A stretch of DNA of 64,000 nucleotides. Origin: Myxococcota bacterium (lineage in GTDB: Bacteria > Myxococcota_C > UBA6777). Position numbers and translations under genes: made by a program. The stretch lies in NCBI GenBank assembly GCA_023150835.1, contig JAKLKB010000002.1, positions 1-64,000 of the forward strand, read 5' to 3'. Below are positions 40,627 to 50,191 of this stretch, one piece after another. The notes beneath the pieces are model-generated. The model did no database searches, was not told the DNA's origin, and saw nothing but the letters and a program-made list of their open reading frames with translations. The first letter of the stretch is position 1, and the number at the start of each line of letters is the position of its first letter.

Positions 40627-42444
40627 CTACGATGTGAACGGGGTGATCGTGTGTGCGTGCAGCGCCTGATAAAAGGCCATGTTTCGGTCAGTATGGGTGA
40701 AGACTTCGATCAATACGGGTTGAAGTGCGTGAGTGGCTTCTCGGTAAGTGTCGCGAAAGGCTGAGCGAGAAGTCACTTGAGCAGCGGAAATTCCGATGGA
40801 TTGGGCGATCGGAGCGATCGAGATATCGTGGGGCGTGGTAAAGCAACGCTGAAAGATATCTTCGAAGCGTGCGACAGGCAGAAAGCGGAAGATACCGCCG
40901 CCGTGATTGTTGAGGACAACGATCACCAACGGGATCCGGGATTGTTTGAGCAAGATCAAGGAGTTCAAGTCGTGGATCAAAGACAGATCACCGATCAACA
41001 ACGTCCCTTTGGTGCGGGAACCTGCCACAAAACCAAGCGCCGACGCAAGCAAACCATCGATCCCACTGGCTCCACGATTGGCGGCCAGCGGGACCGCGTG
41101 ACCGAAACCATCCGCAAATCGGTCAAGATCGCGGATCGGCATACTGTTGCCGACAAAAAGCGCATGTTCTTTGGGGATCAGTCGAGAGATATCGAAGGCG
41201 ATGGCTGGTTCGTGAAGATCGTCCAGATCGAGGGTTTCGCGAACGTGCCGAAGATACGATTGGTCGGCTTCTTGCCAACTGCGCAGCCATTCTTGCGAAC
41301 GCTCGGCGATATCCACCGAAAGCAACGCACAAAGAGACTCCGCAAAGGCCGAGGGATGGCAGGCAAGGCGTGTCTGGACTTGGTGGGTGGGATCGAGGCG
41401 TTCGGGATGTTCGTGAACCGCAACATACGGTGTATCGGGATGTTCTTCGAGATAAGACAAAAAGTGCTTTGCGACCAGCGGTCCGCCGAGATGCAAGATC
41501 AGATCAGGCTTGGAAGAAGCGCGCCATCGGGGATCACGCAACAGCCCGTCAAACGAAAGGATGCGTTGGGAGGGTTGCATCCCAAGACGCACACCTGAGC
41601 CGATATCCGCAAAAAGCGGCCATCCAAGACGCCCGGCCAATCGGAGGATCGGAGTTCTGTCCCACCAAACAGGCATACGCCCCAACACCAACACCCCACG
41701 AACCGCCCGCACCACCGAAGCAAACAGCGTGGGAGGCAACGCAGGAAGACCTTGTGCTTGAGCGTGAGCGTACATCGTCCAAGGCTGCGAATCTTTCCAC
41801 CATTGCGCCAAAGGCTCCGTATAATCGGGCGATATCGGCGATTCGACAGGAACCAGCGGCTCACGAAAGCGCCAATTGAGATGAACAGGCCCCGCAAAAG
41901 GCCCTGTGGCGCGGTGGAGAGCTTGGGCCAAAGTCGTCAACACAAACTGCGGTGCGATCGACTCGGTCGGACAAGGGATATCAAAGAACCAGCGGGCATG
42001 ATGACCGAACAAGTGGGTTTGTGGGATGGATTGATTGGCCCCGCATTGTTCGAGTTCGGGGGGACGATCTGCCGAACAGATCAACATCGGAAGATGATCC
42101 ACCGAAGCCTCGATTACTGCGGGGAGATAATTGGCGACGGCGGTTCCTGATGTGCAGATCAACAACGCAGGAAGTCCCGTAGCACGGGCATAACCAAGCG
42201 CATAAAACGCAGCGGCTCGCTCGTCATAACAGATCTGTAGCCGCGCCTTGGGATGGCGCGCAACAGCCGCCGTCAACGGCGTAGAGCGCGATCCCGGCGA
42301 GACGCAAAAAGTCTCGATGCCGTGTCGGATGGCTTCTTCTACAAAGATCGCGGCCCACAGGGCGTTGAGATTGGGGGCATCAGGTCGGTTTCGATCGAGG
42401 GCATCGGGTCGGTTTTGGTGGGGGGCATCGGATCGGGTGCGCAA
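40627..42444 (-). CDS. menD: SEPHCHC synthase; start uncertain (TTG 42444 after GGGAG, or ATG 42492)
   Basis: SPGSRSTPL, DERAAAFYALG, TSGTAVAN, ADRPPEL, NRGASGIDG and GDLSLIHDLNS motifs. Confidence 0.93.
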   Translation of the reverse strand: MRTRSDAPHQNRPDALDRNRPDAPNLNALWAAIFVEEAIRHGIETFCVSPGSRSTPLTAAVARHPKARLQICYDERAAAFYALGYARATGLPALLICTSGTAVANYLPAVIEASVDHLPMLICSADRPPELEQCGANQSIPQTHLFGHHARWFFDIPCPTESIAPQFVLTTLAQALHRATGPFAGPVHLNWRFREPLVPVESPISPDYTEPLAQWWKDSQPWTMYAHAQAQGLPALPPTLFASVVRAVRGVLVLGRMPVWWDRTPILRLAGRLGWPLFADIGSGVRLGMQPSQRILSFDGLLRDPRWRASSKPDLILHLGGPLVAKHFLSYLEEHPDTPYVAVHEHPERLDPTHQVQTRLACHPSAFAESLCALLSVDIAERSQEWLRSWQEADQSYLRHVRETLDLDDLHEPAIAFDISRLIPKEHALFVGNSMPIRDLDRFADGFGHAVPLAANRGASGIDGLLASALGFVAGSRTKGTLLIGDLSLIHDLNSLILLKQSRIPLVIVVLNNHGGGIFRFLPVARFEDIFQRCFTTPHDISIAPIAQSIGISAAQVTSRSAFRDTYREATHALQPVLIEVFTHTDRNMAFYQALHAHTITPFTS

Positions 42445-44147
42445 TCGACAAACTCCCAAAATGTTTTCAGCTTTTGTTCTAATTCTTGCCATTCTGTTTC
42501 GGCATCTGAATCAGGAACAATCCCTGCGCCTGTGAACAACAACAACTGCTCTTGTGCCAACAACGCGGAACGGATCGCCACCGCGAACTCGGCCCCTTGC
42601 GCCCCCATCCATCCGACAGGGGCCGCATACCACCCTCGCCCAAAGCGTTCAAACTCCCGCAACAACGAAAGCGCCATCACAGAAGGTCGCCCCCCCACCG
42701 CAGGCGTCGGATGCAGCGCCCGAAGGATCGATGTATCGTCCACTTCTGCGTGCAAATGCCCTTGTATCGGCGTCCACAGATGTTGCACGTACTTGAGTTT
42801 TCGCAAGGCAGGAGCAGGGATCTCCGCAAGTGCATGACACAATAGGCCAAAACGCTCTCGCAAAGAACGGAGCACCAAAAGCTGTTCGTAGCGATCCTTG
42901 GGACTGGCGAGCAGCTCTTCTCCAAGCCGTTGATCCTGTGTGGGATCGCTTCGGCGAGGGCGAGTTCCTGCAAGGGCTTCGCTGAAAAGCAACTCGCCTT
43001 GGCGCGCATACAAACGCTCTGGCGAAGCCCCCAAAAACACCGTGTGACGGGTGGGTTGGAATGCAAAAACGTAAGAGTCCGCAGCTTGGGCGCGCAGGGC
43101 CGCCAGCAAAGCAAACGGAGCGTTGGAGTCAGACAAAACAACATCGCTTGTAGGCTCGCAAGCAGCGCAAGAGGCCGCCTCGTTGTGGAGGGGATGCGAA
43201 GCCTCGTTGTGAAGCGGATGCGATACCTCGTTGTGGAGGGGATGCGATGCCTCGTTGTGGAGGGGATGCGATGCCTCGTTGTGGAGGGGATGCGATGCCT
43301 CGTTGTGTTGGGATGGACATTGTGATCGCAGGCGGAGCGTTGTTTGGCGTGCAAGGACGATCTTTTCGAGGGAGCCTTGTGCGAAAGAGTCTTTGGCGCG
43401 TTTGATCGTGTCCTTCCAAAGAGGGAGGATGGGCGTATCTTGGCGCGATATCGCACGATACGCAGAAAAGGCAGGGGGAACACAAGAGCGCGGCGGAGAG
43501 AGCAGCCCCTCTTCGTCGATCAAACGGCGCTGCACAGCGATCTGTTTGATTCGGTCGGTGTCTGGAGCAAGAGCCAAGGCCAAAGCCAGCGAGTACTGGC
43601 CGCCTTCTTTGGTAAGCATCACACGCGGAAGCGTCCATTGGACGGGCGAAAAGGCGCTCCAAGCAGAGGGTAGCGGTCGTTCAAGATCAAAGGCTTGCCC
43701 GCCAAAAAATCGCAAGGTCGGAGGTGCATCGCAAAGGAAAGATCGCACTTTTTGTAAGACAGGTTCGGGCTGCTCGCCCGAAAGCTGCAACGCCACACCC
43801 AACCCCGCACAGATCAAAGAGCGTTCACGGTCAGACCAAAAGACCCGACAATCCGCGTCGTATGCACACAGCCATCCGATCAAGTCCAACGATGCGCTAT
43901 CTTCCACAGGACAGCAAAAAAACAACAGCATCTCGGCCTCTGTACGGGGCGGCTGACCAAGCTCCGCAAGCAGAGCCGAGGAAAGAGGCGAAGGGATCAA
44001 AGAGGGCATCTCTGCGCATTCGAGGGCTGAAAACGTTGCATGGAGGGCCAGATACGCATCCTCCAACGGGAGTGCTTGTTTCGAGACAGGCAACGACCAG
44101 AGGATCGGCTTGGAGGGTGTAGGGGTAGTTGCCCAAGAGGCTCTCAT
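42339..44147 (-). CDS. menF: Menaquinone-specific isochorismate synthase with His-rich repeat insertion
   Basis: KIVLAR, FLGASPERL, EALAGT, LHPTPAVGG, RGWYAAPVG, AVAIRS and GAGIVPDS motifs. Confidence 0.9.
   Translation of the reverse strand: MRASWATTPTPSKPILWSLPVSKQALPLEDAYLALHATFSALECAEMPSLIPSPLSSALLAELGQPPRTEAEMLLFFCCPVEDSASLDLIGWLCAYDADCRVFWSDRERSLICAGLGVALQLSGEQPEPVLQKVRSFLCDAPPTLRFFGGQAFDLERPLPSAWSAFSPVQWTLPRVMLTKEGGQYSLALALALAPDTDRIKQIAVQRRLIDEEGLLSPPRSCVPPAFSAYRAISRQDTPILPLWKDTIKRAKDSFAQGSLEKIVLARQTTLRLRSQCPSQHNEASHPLHNEASHPLHNEASHPLHNEVSHPLHNEASHPLHNEAASCAACEPTSDVVLSDSNAPFALLAALRAQAADSYVFAFQPTRHTVFLGASPERLYARQGELLFSEALAGTRPRRSDPTQDQRLGEELLASPKDRYEQLLVLRSLRERFGLLCHALAEIPAPALRKLKYVQHLWTPIQGHLHAEVDDTSILRALHPTPAVGGRPSVMALSLLREFERFGRGWYAAPVGWMGAQGAEFAVAIRSALLAQEQLLLFTGAGIVPDSDAETEWQELEQKLKTFWEFVDCAPDPMPPTKTDPMPSIETDLMPPISTPCGPRSL
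42376..42436. repeat. 24-bp degenerate tandem repeat in the menF/menD overlap
   Basis: GGCATCRGRTCGG recurring every 24 bp, three times. Confidence 0.75.
43177..43307 (-). repeat. 24-bp in-frame tandem repeat x5.5 in menF (HNEASHPL)
   Basis: GCCTCGTTGTGGAGGGGATGCGAT units. Confidence 0.92.
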
Positions 44148-44190
44148 CGTTCGGCTCCATCGGGTCTTTCGTGCGCTTGGTCAAAAAACG

Positions 44191-44949
44191 CTAGGCAGGG
44201 TGGGCGTTGGGCTTGTCCCCTTGGTAGAGGGTGGCGATCCCAAAGGTCAGGGGATGGGCTTCGACTTGTGTAAAGCCAGCCTCCCGCATCATCTGACAAA
44301 ATGCCTCACCATAAGGAAAAGCCTCGACGCTTTGGTTGAGATAGCTGTATGCGTAGCGATCGCCTGACACCAACGCGCCGATAAACGGCAAGATCCGACG
44401 AAAATACAACAGATACAGGCTGCGCATGACCCGCAAGCGCGGGAGAGAGAATTCGAGGATGATCGCACGTCCATTGGGTCGCAAGACACGGTACATCTCT
44501 CGCAAAGAAGCAGAGACATCGCTGACGTTGCGGATGCCAAAAGCGATCGTCACGACATCAAAGGATCCGTCTTTGACAGGGACTTGTGTCGCATCGCCCG
44601 TTTCGAGGGCGGTGGGCTGGGGAAGTTGAAGCGATTGAAGCTTTTGCCGCCCAATGGCCAACATCCCTTCGGAAAGATCCATCCCAAGCGCCCGTTGGAT
44701 GCGGGGTTCGGCTTGACAAAGCGTAATCAACAGATCGCCTGTTCCTGTCGCCATATCGAGCAATTCGAGGGGACGCTCTTTGGGCAGGTGGCGTGCAACG
44801 CGCCGCCGCCAGCGCTTGTCGATCCCCATAGACAAGACGCGATTGAGCGGATCGTAGGTTTGTGCGATCCGATCGAACATCTGCCAAGTTCGATCCTTTT
44901 CTTGTAGATTCACACCTGCTTTTTGATCAGACATACACACATACTCCAT
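44191..44949 (-). CDS. menG: Demethylmenaquinone methyltransferase (UbiE/MenG)
   Basis: MFDRIA..YD..N..LSMG, LDMATGTGD, IAFGIRNV and YSYL..S...FP motifs. Confidence 0.93.
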   Translation of the reverse strand: MEYVCMSDQKAGVNLQEKDRTWQMFDRIAQTYDPLNRVLSMGIDKRWRRRVARHLPKERPLELLDMATGTGDLLITLCQAEPRIQRALGMDLSEGMLAIGRQKLQSLQLPQPTALETGDATQVPVKDGSFDVVTIAFGIRNVSDVSASLREMYRVLRPNGRAIILEFSLPRLRVMRSLYLLYFRRILPFIGALVSGDRYAYSYLNQSVEAFPYGEAFCQMMREAGFTQVEAHPLTFGIATLYQGDKPNAHPA

Positions 44950-45024
44950 GAGACAACAACGGATGAGGAGGGGGCTTACGCGATGGGATGGTTTTTGTGG
45001 GGCGTTGCCGGGGTTCAGCGGTCA

Positions 45025-45882
45025 TCAAAGAGAGCGATCAAGGGCAGCAGCGATGCGGCGGATCTGGCCCATCATCGAAGCAAAGCGCTCGAAGTCTAAA
45101 CTTTGGCGGCCATCGGAGAGGGCTTGTTCGGGGCGGGGGTGAACTTCGATCAACAGCCCGTCGGCCCCCGCAGCGATCGCGGCACGAGCCACAGCCGCGA
45201 CATACTCGGACTTTCCTGTGCCGTGGCTTGGGTCGGCAAAGACGGGCAGGTGGCTGAGGCGTTTCAGGGCAGGGATCGCATTGATATCAAAAGTGTTTCG
45301 GGTTTCTTGCTCAAAAGTACGGATGCCGCGTTCACACAGGATGACTTGTGTATTTCCTTCGAGGAGGATGTATTCGGCGGAATACAGGAGTTCTTCGAGG
45401 GTGCTTGACATGCCGCGTTTGAGCAAGATCGGTTTTTGTGAGCGCGCAGCGGCCCGCAACAGCGGGAAGTTTTGCATACTGCGCGTGCCGATCTGCAAGA
45501 TATCGGCGCACTCTGCGACCATGCCGACCATCGCAGGGTCCATCACTTCGGTGACAACGGCCAATCCAGTAGATTCACGCGCCAAGGCCAGCCACTCCAA
45601 GCCTTGTTGTTGGCTACCTTGGAAGCTGTAAGGCGAAGTACGCGGCTTAAAGGCCCCTCCGCGCAGACCAAAGGCCCCTTGTGCCTTGACAAAAGACGCG
45701 ATCTCAAGGATCTGCTCGCGGCTTTCGACCGCACAAGGCCCTGCGATCACGCGCACTTGCTGCCCTCCAAGCAAACCTTGCGGGAGTTTTACCTCCGTAT
45801 CGGCTTGCCCGATCCCTCGCCGCGCAAGGGGGCGCGCAGGGGCGGAAGCTCCCAGTGGCTCTTGATCGACTTGCTTACCCAA
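45025..45882 (-). CDS. aroF: DAHP synthase, type I-beta
   Basis: [40 protein letters not shown] and DPSHGTG motifs; AAAGGAG RBS before TTG 45882. Confidence 0.92.
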   Translation of the reverse strand: MGKQVDQEPLGASAPARPLARRGIGQADTEVKLPQGLLGGQQVRVIAGPCAVESREQILEIASFVKAQGAFGLRGGAFKPRTSPYSFQGSQQQGLEWLALARESTGLAVVTEVMDPAMVGMVAECADILQIGTRSMQNFPLLRAAARSQKPILLKRGMSSTLEELLYSAEYILLEGNTQVILCERGIRTFEQETRNTFDINAIPALKRLSHLPVFADPSHGTGKSEYVAAVARAAIAAGADGLLIEVHPRPEQALSDGRQSLDFERFASMMGQIRRIAAALDRSL

Positions 45883-46037
45883 CGTATTCGCTCCTTTACT
45901 GAGAGAGAAAGAACAGGCTCTCCAATACACCCCTTGAGATGCGAGGCTTGCAAAAAGGTGGCGGCCCCTGATGCCAAAGAAGCTCTATCCAAGGGACGGT
46001 AGAGATCAAAAGCAGCGAGGCTCGGTAAAAAAGCGTC

Positions 46038-46934
46038 TCAATAATGCCAAGGGAACTTGGTGTAATCTTGCTTGCGCTTTTCCAAGAAAGCATCGCGCCC
46101 TTCGACGGCTTCTTCGGTTGCGTACGCAAGCCGGGTGGCCTCGCCCGCAAACAGTTGTTGCCCGACGATGCCTTCGTCGGGGAGGTTGAAGGCGTATTTG
46201 AGCATACGGATCGCGGTGGGACTTTTGGTGGTGATCTCTTGGGCCCAATCAAGGGCAAAGCGTTCGAGATCAGCGTGATCGACCACAGCGTTGACCATGC
46301 CCATCGCAGCGGCCTCTTCGGCGCTGTAATTTTTTCCGACAAAAAAGATCTCACGAGCTTTCTTTTGGCCGACTTGACGCGCAAGCAAAGCCGAGCCGTA
46401 GCCGCCGTCGAAACTGGCGACATCCGCGTCGGTTTGTTTGAAGATCGCGTGCTGCCGACTGGCGATGGTGAGATCACAAACCACGTGCAGACTGTGTCCT
46501 CCACCCACCGCCCAGCCCGGAACCACCGCGATCACGACTTTGGGCATAAAACGGATCAGGCGCTGCACTTCGAGGATATGAAGACGTCCAAGCCTCCCGA
46601 TATCCGGCTGATGTGCAGCATCGCCTTCGTATTTGTAGCCGTCTTTGCCGCGAATCCGCTGATCTCCGCCCGAGCAAAAGGCCCATCCACCGTCTTTGGG
46701 GGAGGGACCGTTCCCTGTCAACAACACACAACCCACATCCGAGGACATTCGGGCATGATCGAGCGCTCGGTAGAGTTCATCGACGGTGTGTGGACGAAAG
46801 GCATTGCGGACTTCGGGGCGATCAAAAGCGATGCGAACCGTCCCTTGATCAAGCGCCCGATGGTAGGTGATATCGGTTAGATCAAGCCCTTCGACAGGGC
46901 GCCAGCGTTGGGCCTCAAACAATTCGGATACCAT
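46038..46934 (-). CDS. menB: 1,4-dihydroxy-2-naphthoyl-CoA synthase
   Basis: RPEVRNAFRP, AFCSGGDQ, GWAVGGGHSL, VASFDGGYGS and EGRDAFLEKR motifs. Confidence 0.96.
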   Translation of the reverse strand: MVSELFEAQRWRPVEGLDLTDITYHRALDQGTVRIAFDRPEVRNAFRPHTVDELYRALDHARMSSDVGCVLLTGNGPSPKDGGWAFCSGGDQRIRGKDGYKYEGDAAHQPDIGRLGRLHILEVQRLIRFMPKVVIAVVPGWAVGGGHSLHVVCDLTIASRQHAIFKQTDADVASFDGGYGSALLARQVGQKKAREIFFVGKNYSAEEAAAMGMVNAVVDHADLERFALDWAQEITTKSPTAIRMLKYAFNLPDEGIVGQQLFAGEATRLAYATEEAVEGRDAFLEKRKQDYTKFPWHY

Positions 46935-47160
46935 AAGCCTTTGTCACCTTTCCTTAAAGAGAAGACGGACTCGTTGGGTTTGTTCCGTGTGGTGGGGCGA
47001 TCTCGCCAGAAAGCAGCAGAACCGCGCCACCACCAAAAAACCCGAAGCCATCTAGCGCATCGTAGGAGACTTGTCCACACCTTTTCATTTTTACGCCTCC
47101 GTCTGGACTTTGCATATATCTTCATCTATGAACATATCGAAAGAAAGAATGGGTTTGCGT

Positions 47161-47243
47161 GCGCAGCGAAAACGGGCCGGGTTGGTTTGAGAGTGCAGCG
47201 CAGCGAAAACGGGCCGGGTTTGAGAGTGCAGCGCAGCGAAAAT
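47161..47243. repeat. 33-37 bp tandem repeat in the divergent menB/ArsR intergenic region
   Basis: GCGCAGCGAAAACGGGCCGGGTT..TGAGAGTGCA, 2.4 units. Confidence 0.85.
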
Positions 47244-47270
47244 GCGCCCAGATCGAGAGGGACAAAGGAA

Positions 47271-47633
47271 ATGCCCCACACAGTAGCAGCGGCAGAATTA
47301 GCGCGGTTGTTGAGTTTGTTGTCACACCCCCATCGCATCCAGATCGTGGAAGAACTGCGGCTTGGGGAGCAAGACGTCAACCACCTCCAACAAGCCTTGG
47401 GGGTAAGTCACTCGCGGGTGTCGCAACATCTTGCGCAGATGCGGGCAGCGCGTGTGGTCTCGGAACGAAGGGAAGGTCGGCATGTCTTTTACCACTTGAA
47501 GCAACCCGATATCGCGCATTGGCTGCTTGAGGGGTTGGGATTTTTGGAGGCGGAGTTACGCGAAGCCGAGGGGCTGCGCGATGCCGTAGAAAAAGCGCGC
47601 CACCTGTGGAGCGAAGAACCTGACGAAGGGTGA
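47271..47633 (+). CDS. ArsR/SmtB family transcriptional regulator
   Basis: LSHPHRIQIV..L, VSQHLAQMR and RREGRHVFY winged-HTH motifs; AAGGA RBS. Confidence 0.9.
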   Translation: MPHTVAAAELARLLSLLSHPHRIQIVEELRLGEQDVNHLQQALGVSHSRVSQHLAQMRAARVVSERREGRHVFYHLKQPDIAHWLLEGLGFLEAELREAEGLRDAVEKARHLWSEEPDEG

Positions 47634-47922
47634 CGGTGGTGTGCGTTTGATGGGCGGATCGGGGAGTAAAAAGAAGAAAAATCAGCGGTAGCTTCGGGCG
47701 TTAAGAAGGATTTGTGGGGCGGGGGCTGTGCCTCGTGTGCGATCTTGTAGATACTGCGGCGAGAGGAGGCGGACAGCCGAATCTGCCACAAAGAAAGGAG
47801 GAGACGCAGGGGGTTTGATGCGAGAAAGGGCCGTAAAAAGCTCTGAACCTGCTCGCAAACAGAGAGAGGGCGCGCTTTGGGTGCGCAACAAGCAAGACAG
47901 AAAGCTCCCTGCGCACAGCACG

Positions 47923-49815
47923 ATGCCGACGAACAAGTTGACCACAAAAGATCTTCTACGGGCCGATTACTTCGGCAGTTTGAGCGAAGAAAAATGCGCC
48001 TATTTGTTGCCGTTGTTTACACCGCGCCTGTTTTCACGGGGAGAGATCTTGTTTGAGCAAGGCGATGAACGCAAAGAGATGTACTTGATCGCACAGGGAG
48101 ATATCGAGCTGATCGATTCGTCGGTGGGATGGAGCCGCAAATTCACGGTTTGCGGCCCGGGGACGTTGCTTGGCGACACATTGATCTTGGAAGACGAAGC
48201 GCCGTATCGGACGACAGGGCGGGCGGTATCCGACGGGATGATCGGTGTTTTGCCCAAAGAAAAACTGAGCAAGATTCGGGAAGAAAACCTGTCCTTGTTT
48301 ACGGAGTTGGTGCTATCCGTGAGCAAAGCGATCGCAGATCGGATCATGCGGTCAGGGCGAGGTGATCAAGGCCGAGGCGCGGTATACGGTTTTAGTGCCC
48401 CCCGCAAAGAGCACGATCTCTTGGGCGAGCGCGATGTGCCTTCCTCGGCGTTGTGGGGGATTCAGACGCTGCGTGCGGTTGAAAACTTCCCGATCTTGGG
48501 TGTTCGCTTGGAAGCCTATCCCGAGCTGATCGAAGCACTCGCCGAGATCAAACGCGCTTGCACGATCGCCAACGTGCAGCTTGGCGATCTCGACGAAAAA
48601 CGGGGAAATGCGATCATCGAAGCTTGCGAAGAACTCTGCAAAGGCTTGTGGCATGGGCATTTTGTGGTGGATATGATCCAAGGCGGCGCAGGCACCAGCA
48701 CCAACATGAACGCCAACGAAGTCATCGCCAACCGCGCCTTGGAACTGCTCGGCCATGACCGCGCAGAATACGACATCTTGCATCCCAACAACCACGTCAA
48801 TATGAGCCAATCAACCAACGACGTCTATCCATCGGCAATTCGGATCGCCTTGCTTAAAGCGATCCGCAAAACCATCGAAGAGGCGGGGCGTTTGGTCGGA
48901 GCCTTTGAAGCCAAAGGCAGAGAGTTTTCAGGGATCATCAAGATGGGGCGGACACAACTTCAAGACGCCGTACCGATGAGCTTGGGGCAAGAGTTCCAAG
49001 CGTGGGGACGCACCTTGCGAGAAGGAAGCCGACGCATCGAACAAGCACTCGATAGTCTCTTGGAATTGAACCTCGGCGGAACAGCCATTGGGACGGGGAT
49101 CAACGCCGATCCAGAGTTTGCTCGCATCGCCATCCAAGAACTCTCCAAACATCTGGGGATGTCTTTCGTCCAAGCCGAAGACCTGATCGAAGCCACCCAA
49201 GATACCAGCAGTTTTGTCGAACTATCGGGCGTTTTGAAGATGTTTGCCGTACGCCTCTCCAAGATCTGCAACGACCTGCGTTTGCTGTCGAGTGGACCGC
49301 GTTGTGGCCTCAATGAGATCAATCTTCCGCCCGTACAACCGGGATCTTCGATCATGCCGGGAAAAGTCAACCCCGTGATCCCCGAAGTGGTCAACCAAGT
49401 GGCCTTCCAGATCGTCGGCCTCGATACCGCCGTGGCTCTCGCCGCAGAAGGCGGTCAACTCGAACTAAACGTCTTCGAGCCGCTGATCGCGTTCAACCTT
49501 TTTACTTCCATCCATATGCTGCACAACGCGATGCTGACCCTACGCATCCGTTGCATCGAAGGGATCACCGCCAACGAAGAAGTCTGCCGTCGCATGGTCT
49601 ACAATTCGATCGGCGTCGTCACCGCACTCGGCCCGAGTCTCGGCTACGAACGCGCCTCAGAAGTCGCCAAAGAAGCGTTGGTGACGGGCCGCCCTGTCTA
49701 CGAGATCGTGCTTGAACACGGATATCTCACCCGCGAGCAACTCGATATCCTCCTCGACCCCCACAACATGATCCGCCCCATCAAACGCCAACAAAGTCCC
49801 CCCGTTCTCGGATGA
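47923..49815 (+). CDS. aspA: Aspartate ammonia-lyase with N-terminal cyclic-nucleotide-binding domain
   Basis: N-terminal GEILFEQGD..MYLI..G...G...G; EHDLLG, QGGAGTSTNMNANEVIAN, KMGRTQLQDAVP and GSSIMPGKVNPVIPE. Confidence 0.92.
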   Translation: MPTNKLTTKDLLRADYFGSLSEEKCAYLLPLFTPRLFSRGEILFEQGDERKEMYLIAQGDIELIDSSVGWSRKFTVCGPGTLLGDTLILEDEAPYRTTGRAVSDGMIGVLPKEKLSKIREENLSLFTELVLSVSKAIADRIMRSGRGDQGRGAVYGFSAPRKEHDLLGERDVPSSALWGIQTLRAVENFPILGVRLEAYPELIEALAEIKRACTIANVQLGDLDEKRGNAIIEACEELCKGLWHGHFVVDMIQGGAGTSTNMNANEVIANRALELLGHDRAEYDILHPNNHVNMSQSTNDVYPSAIRIALLKAIRKTIEEAGRLVGAFEAKGREFSGIIKMGRTQLQDAVPMSLGQEFQAWGRTLREGSRRIEQALDSLLELNLGGTAIGTGINADPEFARIAIQELSKHLGMSFVQAEDLIEATQDTSSFVELSGVLKMFAVRLSKICNDLRLLSSGPRCGLNEINLPPVQPGSSIMPGKVNPVIPEVVNQVAFQIVGLDTAVALAAEGGQLELNVFEPLIAFNLFTSIHMLHNAMLTLRIRCIEGITANEEVCRRMVYNSIGVVTALGPSLGYERASEVAKEALVTGRPVYEIVLEHGYLTREQLDILLDPHNMIRPIKRQQSPPVLG

Positions 49816-49875
49816 TCTCGATCGTTCGTCTCCGACGAACTCCGAACGATGTACACAGCAAAGGATCACACGCAG

Positions 49876-50191
49876 ACGCCCTATTATCGGGCAGCCCCCT
49901 GTGGCACTTGGACCAACTCATGCCGTTCGTTTGCGATCATCGTTCCTATCATATCCGTCAAAAGCGTATCCATAAGCGTCGATGCGATTTGTTGTAAACG
50001 CCCTGTGATTGGGCAGCCACAGGGGGCACTTGGTCCAGCTAATTCCATTCGTTTGTGAGCATCGTTCCTATCATATCCGTCAAAAGCGTATCCATAAGCG
50101 TCGATGCGATTTGTTGTAAACGCCCTATTATCGGGCAGCCACAGGGGGCTGCCCCTACATTTTTACGATCACACAACGGGCGGATCTCGTC
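49876..50191. repeat. 122-bp tandem repeat (family B left arm plus hairpin, 2 units) ending in a family A right end
   Basis: ACGCCCT at 49876, 49998 and 50120; unit near-identical to 15080-15330; ends CGGATCTCGTC followed by TCA. Confidence 0.88.

Noticed and set aside
46908-47270. Long N-terminal extension of the ArsR ORF
   Set aside because: Overlaps the menB start and crosses a tandem repeat; ATG 47271 has an RBS and gives a normal ArsR length.
49876-50191. 122-bp periodic repeat as a CRISPR array or integron cassette array
   Set aside because: The whole unit is repeated with no variable spacer or ORF, and it is explained by family B/A MITE parts.
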